A stretch of 64,000 nucleotides of DNA. It comes from Eledone cirrhosa (lineage: Eukaryota). The notes beneath the pieces were generated by a model, which searched no databases, was not told where the DNA came from, and was given only the letters and a program-made list of their open reading frames with translations. Location of the stretch: positions 216,566,001 through 216,630,000 of the forward strand of contig OZ024741.1 in NCBI GenBank assembly GCA_964016885.1. The letters are read 5' to 3'. Numbering within the stretch: the first letter of the stretch is position 1; every line of letters begins with the position of its first letter. Position numbers and translations under genes: made by a program. Positions 1 to 11,317 of this stretch are shown piece by piece.

Positions 1-144
1 CAAAAGAAGGGGACAAATACAAATGGGGAGTTTACATACAGGTATATGAAAATAAAACTACTAATACAGCAACAAATAACAATTGTGATCCCCAATAGGG
101 GGGAGGCGTTACACAGGGGTCGTACACACCCCGAAAAAATGTAC
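1..144 (-). mobile_element. Tx1-like LINE 3' UTR fragment
   Basis: Shares 3' UTR motifs with the full copies (GTACA-U-tract-CGGGG-TGTGTAC hairpin, CCTATTGGGG, TGTAAACTCCCC, TTTGTCCCCTTCTTTTG); bounded by (TAGA)n. Confidence 0.75.
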
Positions 145-157
145 AGATAGATAGATA

Positions 158-415
158 TGTTTCTTTATTAGCCACAGGGGCACAAAAGAAGGGGACAAAT
201 ACAAAGAGGGAAGTTTACATACAATAAAAACGCGTAAAATGTTATCACAAATGCAATTGAAAAGTTAATCGATTTTCACCAATAGGGGGAGATATTTCAT
301 ATGGGTAACACATGCCGCCGAAAAAATGTGCAATCCTCATCTCCAGGAGTACGAAGAGTGAGTACTCCTTTCCTGTCTTCCTCTTTTTCCTCAACCTACA
401 GGCTGATATAGAGAG
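158..415 (-). mobile_element. Tx1-like LINE 3' end fragment (family B-type UTR)
   Basis: Near-identical to 18140-18395 and 42045-42240; ends AATAAAGAAAC then (TATC)n. Confidence 0.85.
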
Positions 416-444
416 AAAATAGATAGATAGATAGATAGATAGAT

Positions 445-3400
445 TTCTTTATTTACCATAAAGGCATAAAAAGAAGGGACAAATACAAAGAGGGAGTTTA
501 CATATAATCGAGTAAAAAGGGTGTAACATGAAAATAATCGAAAATAACCTCAAAAGGGAGGGGACGTGATGGGGGTTGCACACACCCCCGAAAAAGTGTG
601 CAATCCTTTGCCCGGGGAGCACATGGAGAAGGTGCTCCCCTCTCCTTTACTTCTTTACCTACAGGATGGTATACAGAGAAGGCCCATTTACACGAGCCAT
701 TCTCGCCACTATCACCCACCTTTCATAAAACTGCCCGTGGCCAAGCACCTCTCTCTCCATTCTTATCCTTCTTCCGAAGTGATATCGGAAGAAGTAGACC
801 AGACTATGGCCAGAGAGGAAGTTGCCTGACCTCAGACCTTTCAATCGTGTCCACCAAACAACCTCTTTCAACATGGCTATTACGCACAGAAAAACCGCCT
901 TTGCTTCCTTTGTGAAGAGGGGAGGCGGTTTGATTGTCATCACGGACTCGGCGGTCAATTTAATCGGCGCCACCCGCGACTGCAGTCGTTCGGCGTAGCC
1001 CCACAGATCAGCCACGCCCGGACATTGCACCAATGCGTGCGCAACGGTTTCTTCGTGACGCACACATCTAGGGCAAATCTTTTTTGAGGGATCCCTGCCC
1101 GGGCGCCCGTGTCTGTAGAGCCTCTCTCGAACGGGTAGAGCCCCCCGGTAGCACTGCCAGGCCAGTGACTTCTGGAAGTTGTCCATTGGTCCTGGGCCGA
1201 AAGTCCTACCGAACAGGCTGGCCAGTTCGTCTTCTTCCATGTCCAGCGACTCTCCAAGGGTGTCATCGCCCCTGCTAGCCACCAGCCCTCTATAGAATGA
1301 TGAGGTGGATTCTCCACCGATGGCCTGGCCCGCTTGCCAGAGAGCCCTGAGCGCCTGAGCACACTCAGTGTGCCAGTCTCCCAGTTTTCCGGATCTTTGC
1401 TTGACCCAGGACTGTAGCTCGGTGAGTGAGACGAGTCTCGGAAAGGCTCGTTTCACGAACAGAGTCCACACCGGTTGACCAGTGAGGAATACCTGTAGGT
1501 GCCGTAGCCTTAATGCGTGCCTACGCATCATCAACCACGGCATCCCCAGCCCTCCTTTCGAAGGTTGTTGGCAGCAGATGGATCTTCTCACCATAGGAGG
1601 ACGCTTCTTCCAAAGAAATTGGAAGAGCATGCGTTCCATGGTGGTGAGTGTTTCCTTAGGGCAAGGCACGACAGTCAGGCGGTAGTAAGTGACGGACGCT
1701 ATGTAAATGTTCGCCACCTCCGCCCGGCCTTTTAGGGACAGCTTACACTTGGCCCATTTCTGGGTTAGTGCAAACACCTTGTTCGTAACCTCGTTCCAGT
1801 TCTTTTCCACCTGGAGGTCCGGTCCAAACCAGACCCCAAGCAACTTTACCGGGCCCTCCGTCCAGTGTCCGACGACACCGTCAGGAGGCATCGGTCTGCC
1901 TCTCCACGTTCCGAGTTGCAGCCCGATGGATTTTTCCCGGTTCAGTTTCGCTCCTGACAACCTTTCGTACTCCTCCAGTAAGGTACCGATCGCCTCGATC
2001 TCCGAGTCGGTTGATACCATTACTGTTACGTCATCGGCGTAGGCCGACACCGCTTTGCTCAATCCTGGTTCCAGTGGGATACCCTGCAACAACTCCAACT
2101 TCCTCAGTAAAGGCTCGAGAGTCAATACGTACAGAAGGGAGGAGAGAGGGCACCCCTGTCGAATGGATCGTGTGATTTCGAACGGCTTCGAAAGGTAGCC
2201 GTTCACCTTGATCCCAGAACAGATGTGGTTGCTATGTAGGGCAGTGATCCAGCCTCTGAAAACAGGACCGAACCCAGCCGCCGCTAGCACCGCATCCAGG
2301 TAACCATGGTCGACCCTATCGAAGGCCTTAGACTGATCCAAGTTGATCAGGGCCCCACCGAAGCCGGGTTTGTTGCCAACCCTCTCTATGATGTATCGCA
2401 TGAGGTGGAGGTTATCGTGAATGGACCTGGATGGGATAGCACATGTCTGCGCATCTCCCACCAGGCCACCCACCACAAGCGCCAACCTCTTTGCTAACAC
2501 CTTGGCCAAAATCTTTAACTCTGTGTTTAGCAGGGTTATGGGCCGAAAATTATTTATACTATCCCCCTTGTTCTCGTCCTTCCTCACCAGCGTGACTACG
2601 CCCTTGGCTACAGAACAAGGAATTCTCCCGTTCTGCTGCCAATTGCAGTAGACTGCTTCGAGGAGTTCGGAGAAGAAGACCGGCATTGCTAAATAAAGTT
2701 CGTAAGGTATACCATCAAGACCTGGAGATTTGCGTCTGCTGCATTGGCTCAGCGCATCTCCGATCTCATCATCCGAGATTGGTCCCTCGCAGGACTCTGC
2801 CTCTTCGTTCGAGAGACGCGGCAGGCCGTCGAGGTATGGACCGAAATCCACGCCCCGGCCCGGACCCTCGCCTCCCCCGAACAATCGGGCAAAGTGCCTT
2901 TGAAAGGCCTCGCACATCTGCTTAGGCTCCCGGATCACCCGTCCATCTTCGTCTTGCAACGACCGGATGGTGGATCGATTTCCACTCTTAGCTTCTGTCA
3001 CGCGGGCCCATCCAACGGCTTTGGCCCCCTCATTACCTAGAGCACGTATTTTACTTCGAATGACGCAGCCTTCGTGCTTTGCATCGAAAAACTGGTTCAA
3101 GGCCGTCCTCGATGCCAGCACTCTGGCCACATCTTCGCTCTTGATTGCCTCTTCTAATTTACCTGTTAATTCTTTCTCGTTTCTATTCCTATCGGCAGCT
3201 AACATCTTGCTATAACTTATTGATTCTGTTCTAATCTCTCTTTTGAGAGATGCCCACCATCGGTTGTTGACGATTGCACCCGTCAACCTCTCCTTAACTA
3301 ATTTGCTAATCCGGTTTCTGTAAGTCTCTTTTGCCGGTAAAGACAAATTAAGTTTCCAGTAACCAGGACCCTGTCTATGTGTTTTCTCGAGATTGACCAC

Positions 3401-4107
3401 GCAGGTCACTAATTTGTGATCCGTGTAGCCAACCGTGCGCATTTCTGGACAGCTTAATATGTCCCTATCCTTACTTCTAACTAAGAATCTATCTAAGTAC
3501 GATCTAGATTGACCACTGTGGTTTCTCCAAGTCCAGGTAGGCACAGTTGGAAAATCTAGTCGATATCTATCGACCAAGTTAAAACGGTCGAGTAACCCCT
3601 TGAGGCTGTTACACCCCCCTCTATTAGGACATGCTCCTGCATAGTCCCAACGTGCATCCAGGATGTCATTCCAATCCCCCGCTAGAAGCAGGGAACGCGA
3701 CGTTCCCAGAAAAGTCTCCAAACGCTGGAAGAAGTCGGGCCGTTCAGCTCCGAAAGGGGAGTAGACGGCGACCAGTCTCAAGGCCGCACTTTCACTACTG
3801 CCAACGTCTAGCACCAACAAACGACCCTCCGGGTCCGAGTGCACAACCTGTACGGCAAGACCCATGTGTTTTTGCAGCAGTACGACAACCCCACCCCCAC
3901 CTCCAGGTTGACAGAGAGATGCATGCACCTCAAAGTCATCGAAGGTGGGGGCCAGCTGCCGCACGACGCTGATTCGAGTCTCACAGGTAACCATTACATT
4001 TATACTACATGACCTGAGGTCATTTAGAAGCTTTGCTTGCTTCCAAGTTGAGCCCAGGCCACGTGCATTCAAACATCCTACTCTTAACACATCCATGTGG
4101 GCGGCAA
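445..4107 (-). mobile_element. Tx1/L1-clade LINE, family A, 5'-truncated copy (ORF2 + 3' UTR)
   Basis: Intact ORF2, 3' UTR ending AATAAAGAAA, (TAGA)n on both sides; near-identical to 45131-48791. Confidence 0.93.
659..4096 (-). CDS. Tx1-like ORF2: AP endonuclease + reverse transcriptase + C-terminal CCHC (zf-RVT-like), 1145 aa, uninterrupted
   Basis: APE motifs LNARGL, CET, GDWN, SYLDRFL, TDH; linker GPGYWKLN; RT motifs KSPGLDG, FRPITLLN, LDQSKAFDRV, RQGCPLS, YADD; CPRC...ETVAHALVQC. Confidence 0.95.
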   Translation of the reverse strand: MDVLRVGCLNARGLGSTWKQAKLLNDLRSCSINVMVTCETRISVVRQLAPTFDDFEVHASLCQPGGGGGVVVLLQKHMGLAVQVVHSDPEGRLLVLDVGSSESAALRLVAVYSPFGAERPDFFQRLETFLGTSRSLLLAGDWNDILDARWDYAGACPNRGGCNSLKGLLDRFNLVDRYRLDFPTVPTWTWRNHSGQSRSYLDRFLVRSKDRDILSCPEMRTVGYTDHKLVTCVVNLEKTHRQGPGYWKLNLSLPAKETYRNRISKLVKERLTGAIVNNRWWASLKREIRTESISYSKMLAADRNRNEKELTGKLEEAIKSEDVARVLASRTALNQFFDAKHEGCVIRSKIRALGNEGAKAVGWARVTEAKSGNRSTIRSLQDEDGRVIREPKQMCEAFQRHFARLFGGGEGPGRGVDFGPYLDGLPRLSNEEAESCEGPISDDEIGDALSQCSRRKSPGLDGIPYELYLAMPVFFSELLEAVYCNWQQNGRIPCSVAKGVVTLVRKDENKGDSINNFRPITLLNTELKILAKVLAKRLALVVGGLVGDAQTCAIPSRSIHDNLHLMRYIIERVGNKPGFGGALINLDQSKAFDRVDHGYLDAVLAAAGFGPVFRGWITALHSNHICSGIKVNGYLSKPFEITRSIRQGCPLSSLLYVLTLEPLLRKLELLQGIPLEPGLSKAVSAYADDVTVMVSTDSEIEAIGTLLEEYERLSGAKLNREKSIGLQLGTWRGRPMPPDGVVGHWTEGPVKLLGVWFGPDLQVEKNWNEVTNKVFALTQKWAKCKLSLKGRAEVANIYIASVTYYRLTVVPCPKETLTTMERMLFQFLWKKRPPMVRRSICCQQPSKGGLGMPWLMMRRHALRLRHLQVFLTGQPVWTLFVKRAFPRLVSLTELQSWVKQRSGKLGDWHTECAQALRALWQAGQAIGGESTSSFYRGLVASRGDDTLGESLDMEEDELASLFGRTFGPGPMDNFQKSLAWQCYRGALPVRERLYRHGRPGRDPSKKICPRCVRHEETVAHALVQCPGVADLWGYAERLQSRVAPIKLTAESVMTIKPPPLFTKEAKAVFLCVIAMLKEVVWWTRLKGLRSGNFLSGHSLVYFFRYHFGRRIRMEREVLGHGQFYERWVIVARMARVNGPSLYTIL

Positions 4108-4108
4108 T

Positions 4109-4173
<65 letters not shown>
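4109..4173. repeat. (TAGA)n microsatellite between two stacked Tx1 copies
   Basis: Read directly. Similar arrays at 145-157, 420-444, 5156-5302, 18050-18137, 42004-42044, 42240-42273 and 42876-42940. Confidence 0.95.
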
Positions 4174-4174
<1 letters not shown>

Positions 4175-5155
4175 TGTTTCTTTTATTTGCCACTAGGGCA
4201 TCAAAAGTGGGACAAGTACAAAGGGGGGAGTTTACACAAAAAGGCGTCCTCAATAAGGAGGAGGCAATAACAAAATATAAAAATAAAATAAGATATAACA
4301 AAAAATAAAATTTTTAACAAAATCCTCAATAGAGAGGAGGCGCCTTGGGGGGGTCGCACACACCCCCGAAAAAAGTGTGCAACCCTTCTCCTCAGGAGCA
4401 CAGAGAAGGGGTGCTCCCTTGGTCTTTCATCTTCCTCACCTATAGTCTGATGTAGAGTGAAGGCCCATTCACACGGGCCATTCTCGCCACTTTCACCCAT
4501 CTTTCATAGAAACGGCTGGGGTGCAGCACCTCTCTCTCCATCCTGATCCTTCTTCCGAAATGATATCGGAAGAAACGGACCAGTTGTTGGCCAGAGAGAA
4601 AGGTGCCTGACCTCAGTCCTTTCAGACGCGTCCACCATACAACCTCTTTCGCCATGGCCATTACGCACAGAAACACCGCCTCTGCTTCATCTTTGAAGGG
4701 GGGAGGCGGCTTGATCATTACAATAGACTCGGTGGTCAACCGGATCGGTCCCACTCTTGACAGCAGTTGTTCGACATAGCCCCACAGATCGGCTACGCCC
4801 GAGCAGTGTACCAATGCGTGTGCAACGGTTTCCTCGTCGCACACGCATCTGGGACAGATCTTTTTGGCGGGGTCCCAACCCGGGCGCCCGTGTCTGTAGA
4901 GCCTTTCTCGAACGGGTAAAGCCCCTCGGTAGCACTGCCAGGCCAGGGACTTCTGGAAGTTGTCCATAGGTCCCGGGCTGAATGTCCTACCGAACAGGCT
5001 GGCCAGTTCGTCCTCCTCCATGTCTAGGGCTTCTCCGAGGGCGTCGTCGCACCTGCTGCGTACCAGCCCTCTATAGAATGTTGCGGTGGAGTCTCCACTG
5101 ATAACCGGATCCGCCTGCCAGAGGGCGGTGAGCGCCTGGGCACACTCAGTGTGCC
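4175..5155 (-). mobile_element. Tx1-like LINE 3' fragment (ORF2 C-terminus + UTR), related subfamily
   Basis: WHTECAQAL...CPRC..ETVAHALVHC...ARVNGPSLYIRL; the N-terminus of the listed ORF is microsatellite read-through. Confidence 0.9.
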
Positions 5156-5200
<45 letters not shown>

Positions 5201-5373
5201 CAAACAGACAGATAGACAGATAGACATATAAACCGATAGACATATAAACCGATAGACAAACAGACAGATAGACATATAAACCGATAGACAAACAGATAGA
5301 TAGATTCGTTCTGAAGCATTGCTCAACATAGCTGTGGTGTTAATAATTCAAATAACAAACTATATAGACAACA

Positions 5374-5610
5374 TTCTGAGTTCAAATCCCGCAGAGGTTA
5401 ACTTTGCCTTTCATCCTTACGGGGTCGATAAAATAAAATACCAGTAATGTACTGGTTAATTTGCTGGCCTTGTGCCTAAAATAGAAACAATTATTTCGCA
5501 AATCCCACCGAGGTTAACTTTGCCTTTCATCCTTACGGGGTCGATAAAATAAAGTACCAGTAATGCACTGGGTAATTGCTGGCCTTGTGCCTAAAATAGA
5601 AACAATTATT
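5374..5610 (+). mobile_element. Two tandem 5'-truncated copies of tRNA-derived SINE family 1
   Basis: GAGTTCAAATCCCG B-box, GCCTTTCATCCTTACGGGGTCGATAAAA body, GGCCTTGTGCCTAAAATAGAAACAATTATT tail. Confidence 0.85.
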
Positions 5611-5852
5611 TCGATTAGCTGTGAATAGTAACAAGATAGTTGTATAGTGGTTGTGTAGCTATTTCATCGGCTGATATTATACAAATACTTTTATCAGCCG
5701 ACCAATTTCACCGTCATCTGTCAAAGGCTACATTTTTCAGGGGAATTAAACTTCGCTGAATCGTGATAATTCCTGTCCTCAATCACATCAATGTCTGTGT
5801 CTAGGTGTCTATAAGCATATATGTATGTATCCATGTATGTATATATACATGT

Positions 5853-6455
5853 CAGGTCACCAGCTGGTGCTACTGGTAACATGTATCCCAGTACAACCTA
5901 TCTCATGGTCGGGTCGTTGGCGACTAAACTGGCAACCCCACCAAGGTTTCTTGGTGAGGAGGGTGACTTTGGACATCCTGCAGGACTAAAAACAAAACCT
6001 GTCAAAGGGCAAAGGAGCTCTTAAGAGTCAATTGCCATCCAAAATCACCGGGAGAGATGACCCTTAGCCTTTGTCAAGGCAGAATTCTAGGAGAAGGGAA
6101 ACTCTGATATAACACCTGCAACCCTGATGGTATCCAATGATGTTGACTTCTTCTTCTTTTTGGTAAATATCATCTTGGTTAAGAGAGTGGGACTGGCTTT
6201 GTGCAGTGCCTTTGCTCACTATAAAAGCTTCACGGCACAGGCATTGCTTTATATCTGGAGATCTCTCTGCACTTGTCGTCACAGGGTACAATGGGCCCAG
6301 CACTATGTGTCAATAATTGTCACAAGTGTAGTGTTTGTACCAGAGTTTTCAACTGGCTGGACTAAATAGTCACACTCGTTCAGCGCATTGGTAGGGGTTC
6401 TCCTACATGGATATAAAGTAGTGGCCGTACTCGAAAACGAGTTGGCAACCACCAT
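5853..6455 (+). mobile_element. Unclassified ~600-bp non-coding interspersed repeat with structured 5' part
   Basis: Homologous to 7705-8048 (-), 8055-8235 (+) and 12061-12470 (-, near-identical); all copies lie in TA-rich microsatellites. Confidence 0.65.
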
Positions 6456-7075
6456 ATATGCATGTATGCATGTATGTATATATGTATGTGTGCATGTATT
6501 TATATATGTATGAATGCATGTATATATTTATGTATGTATGCATGTATGTATATATGTATGTGTGCATGTATTTATATATGTATGTGTGCATGTATTTATA
6601 TATGTATGTGTGCATGTATTTATATATGTATGTGTGCATGTATTTATATATGTATATATTTATGTATATATGCATGTATGTATATATGTGTGTGCTTGTA
6701 TGTGTATATGTATGTCTGTACAAACACAAATATAAACATACATATATGGATGCATATACAAACACATTCACACACACATATACAAATCCATTCGTTCTTT
6801 TATATATGTATATATGCATGTATATATGTATGTATATATGTATATATGTATGTACGTACAAACACAAATATAAACATATATACCTATATGTATGTATATA
6901 CAAACACACTCATACATACACACACTCATACATAGCCATTCGTTCTTTTGCTTTCAAGTTTGCTTGTCAGTTATATTGACGTAAGTACTTTATGTACTAA
7001 ATATATATAAAATATATTACGTACATTAACACACACACACACACACACATACACACATATATATATTTATATATG

Positions 7076-7127
<52 letters not shown>

Positions 7128-7182
7128 TGTATGTATGTATGTATATACGTATATACATATTCATATATGTATGCATGTATAC

Positions 7183-7250
<68 letters not shown>

Positions 7251-7483
7251 GGTGTGTGTGTGCATACACATGTATGTAAGTATGTATATATATATAGAGA
7301 GAGAGAGAGAGAGAAAAGGTGAAGTTGGAAATAGCACGGAAAATATATTTAAGGGTCTGTTTTTCTTTTTTTCTTTTTTATCCTTTCTTTGATTCGTCAA
7401 AGTGACAGTATTGAAAAAATGAGAGGCACAATTCCTTTAAAAAACATTTTTATAATGTATATAAAGTATATAAAGTATATAAG

Positions 7484-7517
<34 letters not shown>

Positions 7518-7613
7518 TTTATATGTATATATGTGTATATGTATGTATATATATATACATATATGTATGCATGTACATATATATGTGTGTGTGTGTGCAT
7601 ACACATATATGTA

Positions 7614-7695
<82 letters not shown>

Positions 7696-7704
7696 TATAT
7701 ATAT

Positions 7705-8235
7705 CATCGGTAACTACTGAGCCGCAGGTTTTATATCAAAGTTATCCCAGTTTCCTGGAGTTGCCTTCTCCTAGAAGAATGCCCTGACAAAGGCTAGGGG
7801 TCCTTCCCTCCCAGTGGTTTAACCGTGCGGTACATGTGTATATACATATTTACACACTTTTGGATGGCCGTTGACTCTTATGAGTTCTTCCGCCCTTTGT
7901 CAAGTTTTGTTTTTTGTCCTGCAGGGTATCCAAAATCACAATCCTCACCAAGTAAACTTGGTGGGGTTGCCGGTTTAGTCGCCGACGACCCGACCATGCG
8001 ACAGGTTCTACTGGGTTACATGTTACCAGTAGCACTCAAGAGTGACCCGAGTGATCTTTTCTTCTTTTTGGGTTATAGCTACTATCTCTCAAAGAGTGGG
8101 ATTGGCTCAGTGCACAGCCTTTCCTCACTTTAAAAAATATCTTCACGCACAGGCATTGCATGATAGAATTCATTAATAATTATTAATAATGGTATATCGT
8201 GCCATGGCCATACTCGATAACGAGGGGGCAGCCAT
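7705..8235. mobile_element. Rearranged relative of the 5853-6455 repeat (inverted 5' part joined to forward 3' part)
   Basis: Reverse complement of 7850-8048 aligns to 5856-6045; 8055-8235 aligns forward to about 6145-6455 with a gap. Confidence 0.6.
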
Positions 8236-8780
8236 AAAAAAAAATATATATATAGGTTTTTTTTTAGTGGCAGCCTTTACTCGCCTTGTCGCAGCTACTT
8301 CACTGGATTGGGAGTTTCCTTGGGAACTACAGCTGTCATCCATTACTCCATCTCCCCTAGTAGTTTACCACTGTTGATCCGAGATTGCTTATTCCTACGG
8401 AAGTTGCTCGCTTTTATCGCAACTAGACATGATATCAGGTGGCCGTGTAGCTATCCGCCACCAGATATGTTCCTGGGTCTCCTGCCTGTTGGTTTTGATC
8501 GAAAAAACTGTCCAACGCTGCTTTCCTGAAACATTTGAAATGCTAAATTACGGAACATTAACTGATACACAGAATCAAACGTAAACAGAGACACAGACAA
8601 ACTCATAGAGATATTTGTATACGACAGGCTTCTGAAGTTTCTGTCTATCAAATTTCACTCACTAGGCATTGGTCACCCCGAGACTATAGTAAAATATACT
8701 TGCCCAATGTGCCGAAGACGAGAGCGAACTCGGAGGCACGAGAATGCGAAGCAGACTCCTTAACCACACATAAATTATTT

Positions 8781-8964
8781 TGGATTAGCAGTATCGGTAG
8801 AGGGTCGGACGCCATGCTTTGACGCATAGAGTTACGGTCCTTTCTATTCTGAGTTCAAATCCCGCTGAGGTCAACTTTGCCTTTCATCCTTACGGGGTCG
8901 ATAAAATAAAGTACCAGTAATGTACTGGGTATTTCCTGGCCTTGTGCCAAAAGTAGAAACAATT
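8781..8964 (+). mobile_element. tRNA-derived SINE family 1, full length
   Basis: A-box-like TAGCAGTATCGG, B-box GAGTTCAAATCC, conserved body and tail. Confidence 0.85.
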
Positions 8965-9139
8965 AGATACACACGCGCATACACGTATATATAAATCTCC
9001 AAAATTGCCGGCTAAATACGCACGTGTCCCCCCCCCCCCCCCCCCACACACACACACATATATACACACATTTTTTTTCCAAACAATCCGTCCTATTCTC
9101 ACTCTTTGTCTTTCTATTTTATCTTCTATTTCTCACTCT

Positions 9140-9177
9140 ATCTTCTGACGAAGGACTAATGTCTGAAACGTTAAGAT
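9140..9177 (+). ncRNA. Minimal type I hammerhead ribozyme motif in a Penelope pLTR-like relic
   Basis: ATCTT-CTGACGA-A-GGAC(TAAT)GTCT-GAAAC-GTT-AAGAT; stem I ATCTT/AAGAT, palindromic ACGT stem III. Confidence 0.65.
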
Positions 9178-9285
9178 TCTTTTCCTCCTATTTCAAGGGT
9201 TAAATTAATATATTTATTCGATATACTGTGTCACTTGGTTTGTTATTTCTGTTTATTTCTTACACAGACAGACAGACACACACAG

Positions 9286-9337
<52 letters not shown>

Positions 9338-9341
<4 letters not shown>

Positions 9342-9515
9342 GTATCTTGTCTTTAAAGCGTAGAAATATCTTAGACCCCAGTAGACAACTGGTGAGCCCC
9401 CCCCCCCCCCAGCCCCCTGTTCTTGCTTTCTTCGTATTCCCACTGCATTTTAAGTTACCTTAAGTAACAATTACACAGCCATTTCTACTCTCCATACACA
9501 CACACACACACACAG

Positions 9516-9605
<90 letters not shown>

Positions 9606-10460
9606 ACATATATCTATACTTATATATGTCTTTGTCATGTAGGCCCCCTCTCCATTATAAAAACATATTCTAAAAACTTAGTCGTGCAGGTTTCTTTGAG
9701 ACTTAACCAAAATACACCCCGGTCCCACTAACCCTACCCCCACCGCCATCTACACCAGTTATGTTGGTACCACAACATCCAGTCCAAAATAAACAACCCG
9801 GTCTGTCTTCCTCTATTCACCATTATTGCTTACGACCCCGTGTCATTCTTCTTTGTCTGCATGCAATATTATTATTTTCTATTTTACTGTTTCTCTCCTA
9901 TTTATGTTTTTTCTTCTTTGGCTAAGCCCTGACACACTTGGGATATCTTTTCATCTATATTTGTGTAATTCACCTAAAGGCATAACTTTTCTCTACCTGT
10001 TTTGTTGTCCTCATTCTTTTCATTTGTCGTTATCCCGTGTCACCCCATTTAGAATATATATATAAAAGAACAACGAGGACAACAAAACAGGTAGAGAAAA
10101 GTTATGCCTTTAGGTGAATTACACAAATATAGATGAAAAGATATCCCAAGTGTGTCAGGGCTTAGCCAAAGAAGAAAAAACATAAATAGGAGAGAAACAG
10201 TAAAATAGAAAATAATAATATTGCATGCAGACAAAGAAGAATGACACGGGGTCGTAAGCAATAATGGTGAATAGAGGAAGACAGACCGGGTTGTGTGATA
10301 TCTATTATATGATAGTCTCAAAGAAACCTGCACGACTAAGTTTTTAGAATATGTATTTATAATGGAGAGGGGGCCTACATGACAAAGATATATTCCTGAT
10401 GATTTCTAAAGAATGAAACAGTTCTAGTCCTGTAGAATCTCATCTATATTAAAACTATAC

Positions 10461-10498
<38 letters not shown>

Positions 10499-10649
10499 AG
10501 AGTAGAAATGGCTGTGTAATTGCTATTTAAGGTAACTTAAAATGCAGTGGGAATACGAAGAAAGCAAGAACAGGGGTGGGGGAGGGGGTTCCTCATCAGA
10601 TGACTACTGGGGTCTAGGATATTTCTATGCTTTAAAGACAAGATACCCC

Positions 10650-10650
<1 letters not shown>
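9338..10650. repeat. Long imperfect inverted repeat (arms about 9338-10010 and 10078-10650)
   Basis: The translation LLTTPCHSSLSACNIIIF... occurs on both strands; outer segments 9338-9492 and 10497-10650 also mirror each other. Confidence 0.88.
10392..10438 (+). ncRNA. Type I hammerhead ribozyme motif
   Basis: ATTC-CTGATGA-TTTCTAAAGAAT-GAA-ACAG(TTCTAGTC)CTGT-A-GAAT; all three stems form, GUA cleavage triplet. Confidence 0.72.
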
Positions 10651-10703
<53 letters not shown>

Positions 10704-10970
10704 TATATGTGTGTGTGTGTATAAGCAAAGAGTTTTTTTTAATTTGTTGGTTAATTAACAAATTTATTTATAACAGATCCAAAGCACTCTACAATAATAT
10801 ATATATATAAACATATATATATATATGAGTGTGTGCGTGGGCATGTGTCTGTGCGTGTATATATGTATGTGCCTCTATGTGTGTGTCTCTGTGTGTGTGT
10901 GTGAGTGTGAATGTGTATGTGTGTGTGCGTGAAATGACTTCTACAGGAATAGAACTATTTCATTCGTAAG

Positions 10971-11015
10971 TTCCTGATGATTTCTTACAAATGAAACAGT
11001 TCTACTGCTGTAGAG
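10971..11015 (+). ncRNA. Type I hammerhead motif (same family as 10392), preceded by an inverted partial copy at 10934-10969
   Basis: TTC-CTGATGA-TTTCTTACAAAT-GAA-ACAG(TTCTACTG)CTGT-A-GAG. Confidence 0.6.
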
Positions 11016-11110
11016 GTCGTTTATATAATAAACTATACTATATACTCTACTAACGTATTGAGTGTCGTTTTTAACTGTAGTCAGCTCCCGATACACATCC
11101 GGAATACACG

Positions 11111-11317
<207 letters not shown>

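Noticed and set aside
5650-5735. TCGGCTGATA/TATCAGCCGA hairpin next to GAAATAGCTA on the minus strand (similar end at 33745-33775)
   Set aside because: The hairpin is real, but the catalytic core and stem I cannot be assembled.
6480-6720. 24-bp periodic repeat that superficially resembles a CRISPR or coding repeat
   Set aside because: A higher-order TATG microsatellite with no unique spacers or cas genes, in eukaryotic context.
6403-7787. Long ORFs rich in YI/CV/HT/MY dipeptides (also throughout 11000-17900, 28100-39800 and 49600-51100)
   Set aside because: Translations of (TA)n, (TG)n, (TATG)n and (CAT)n microsatellites, which lack stops in some frames.
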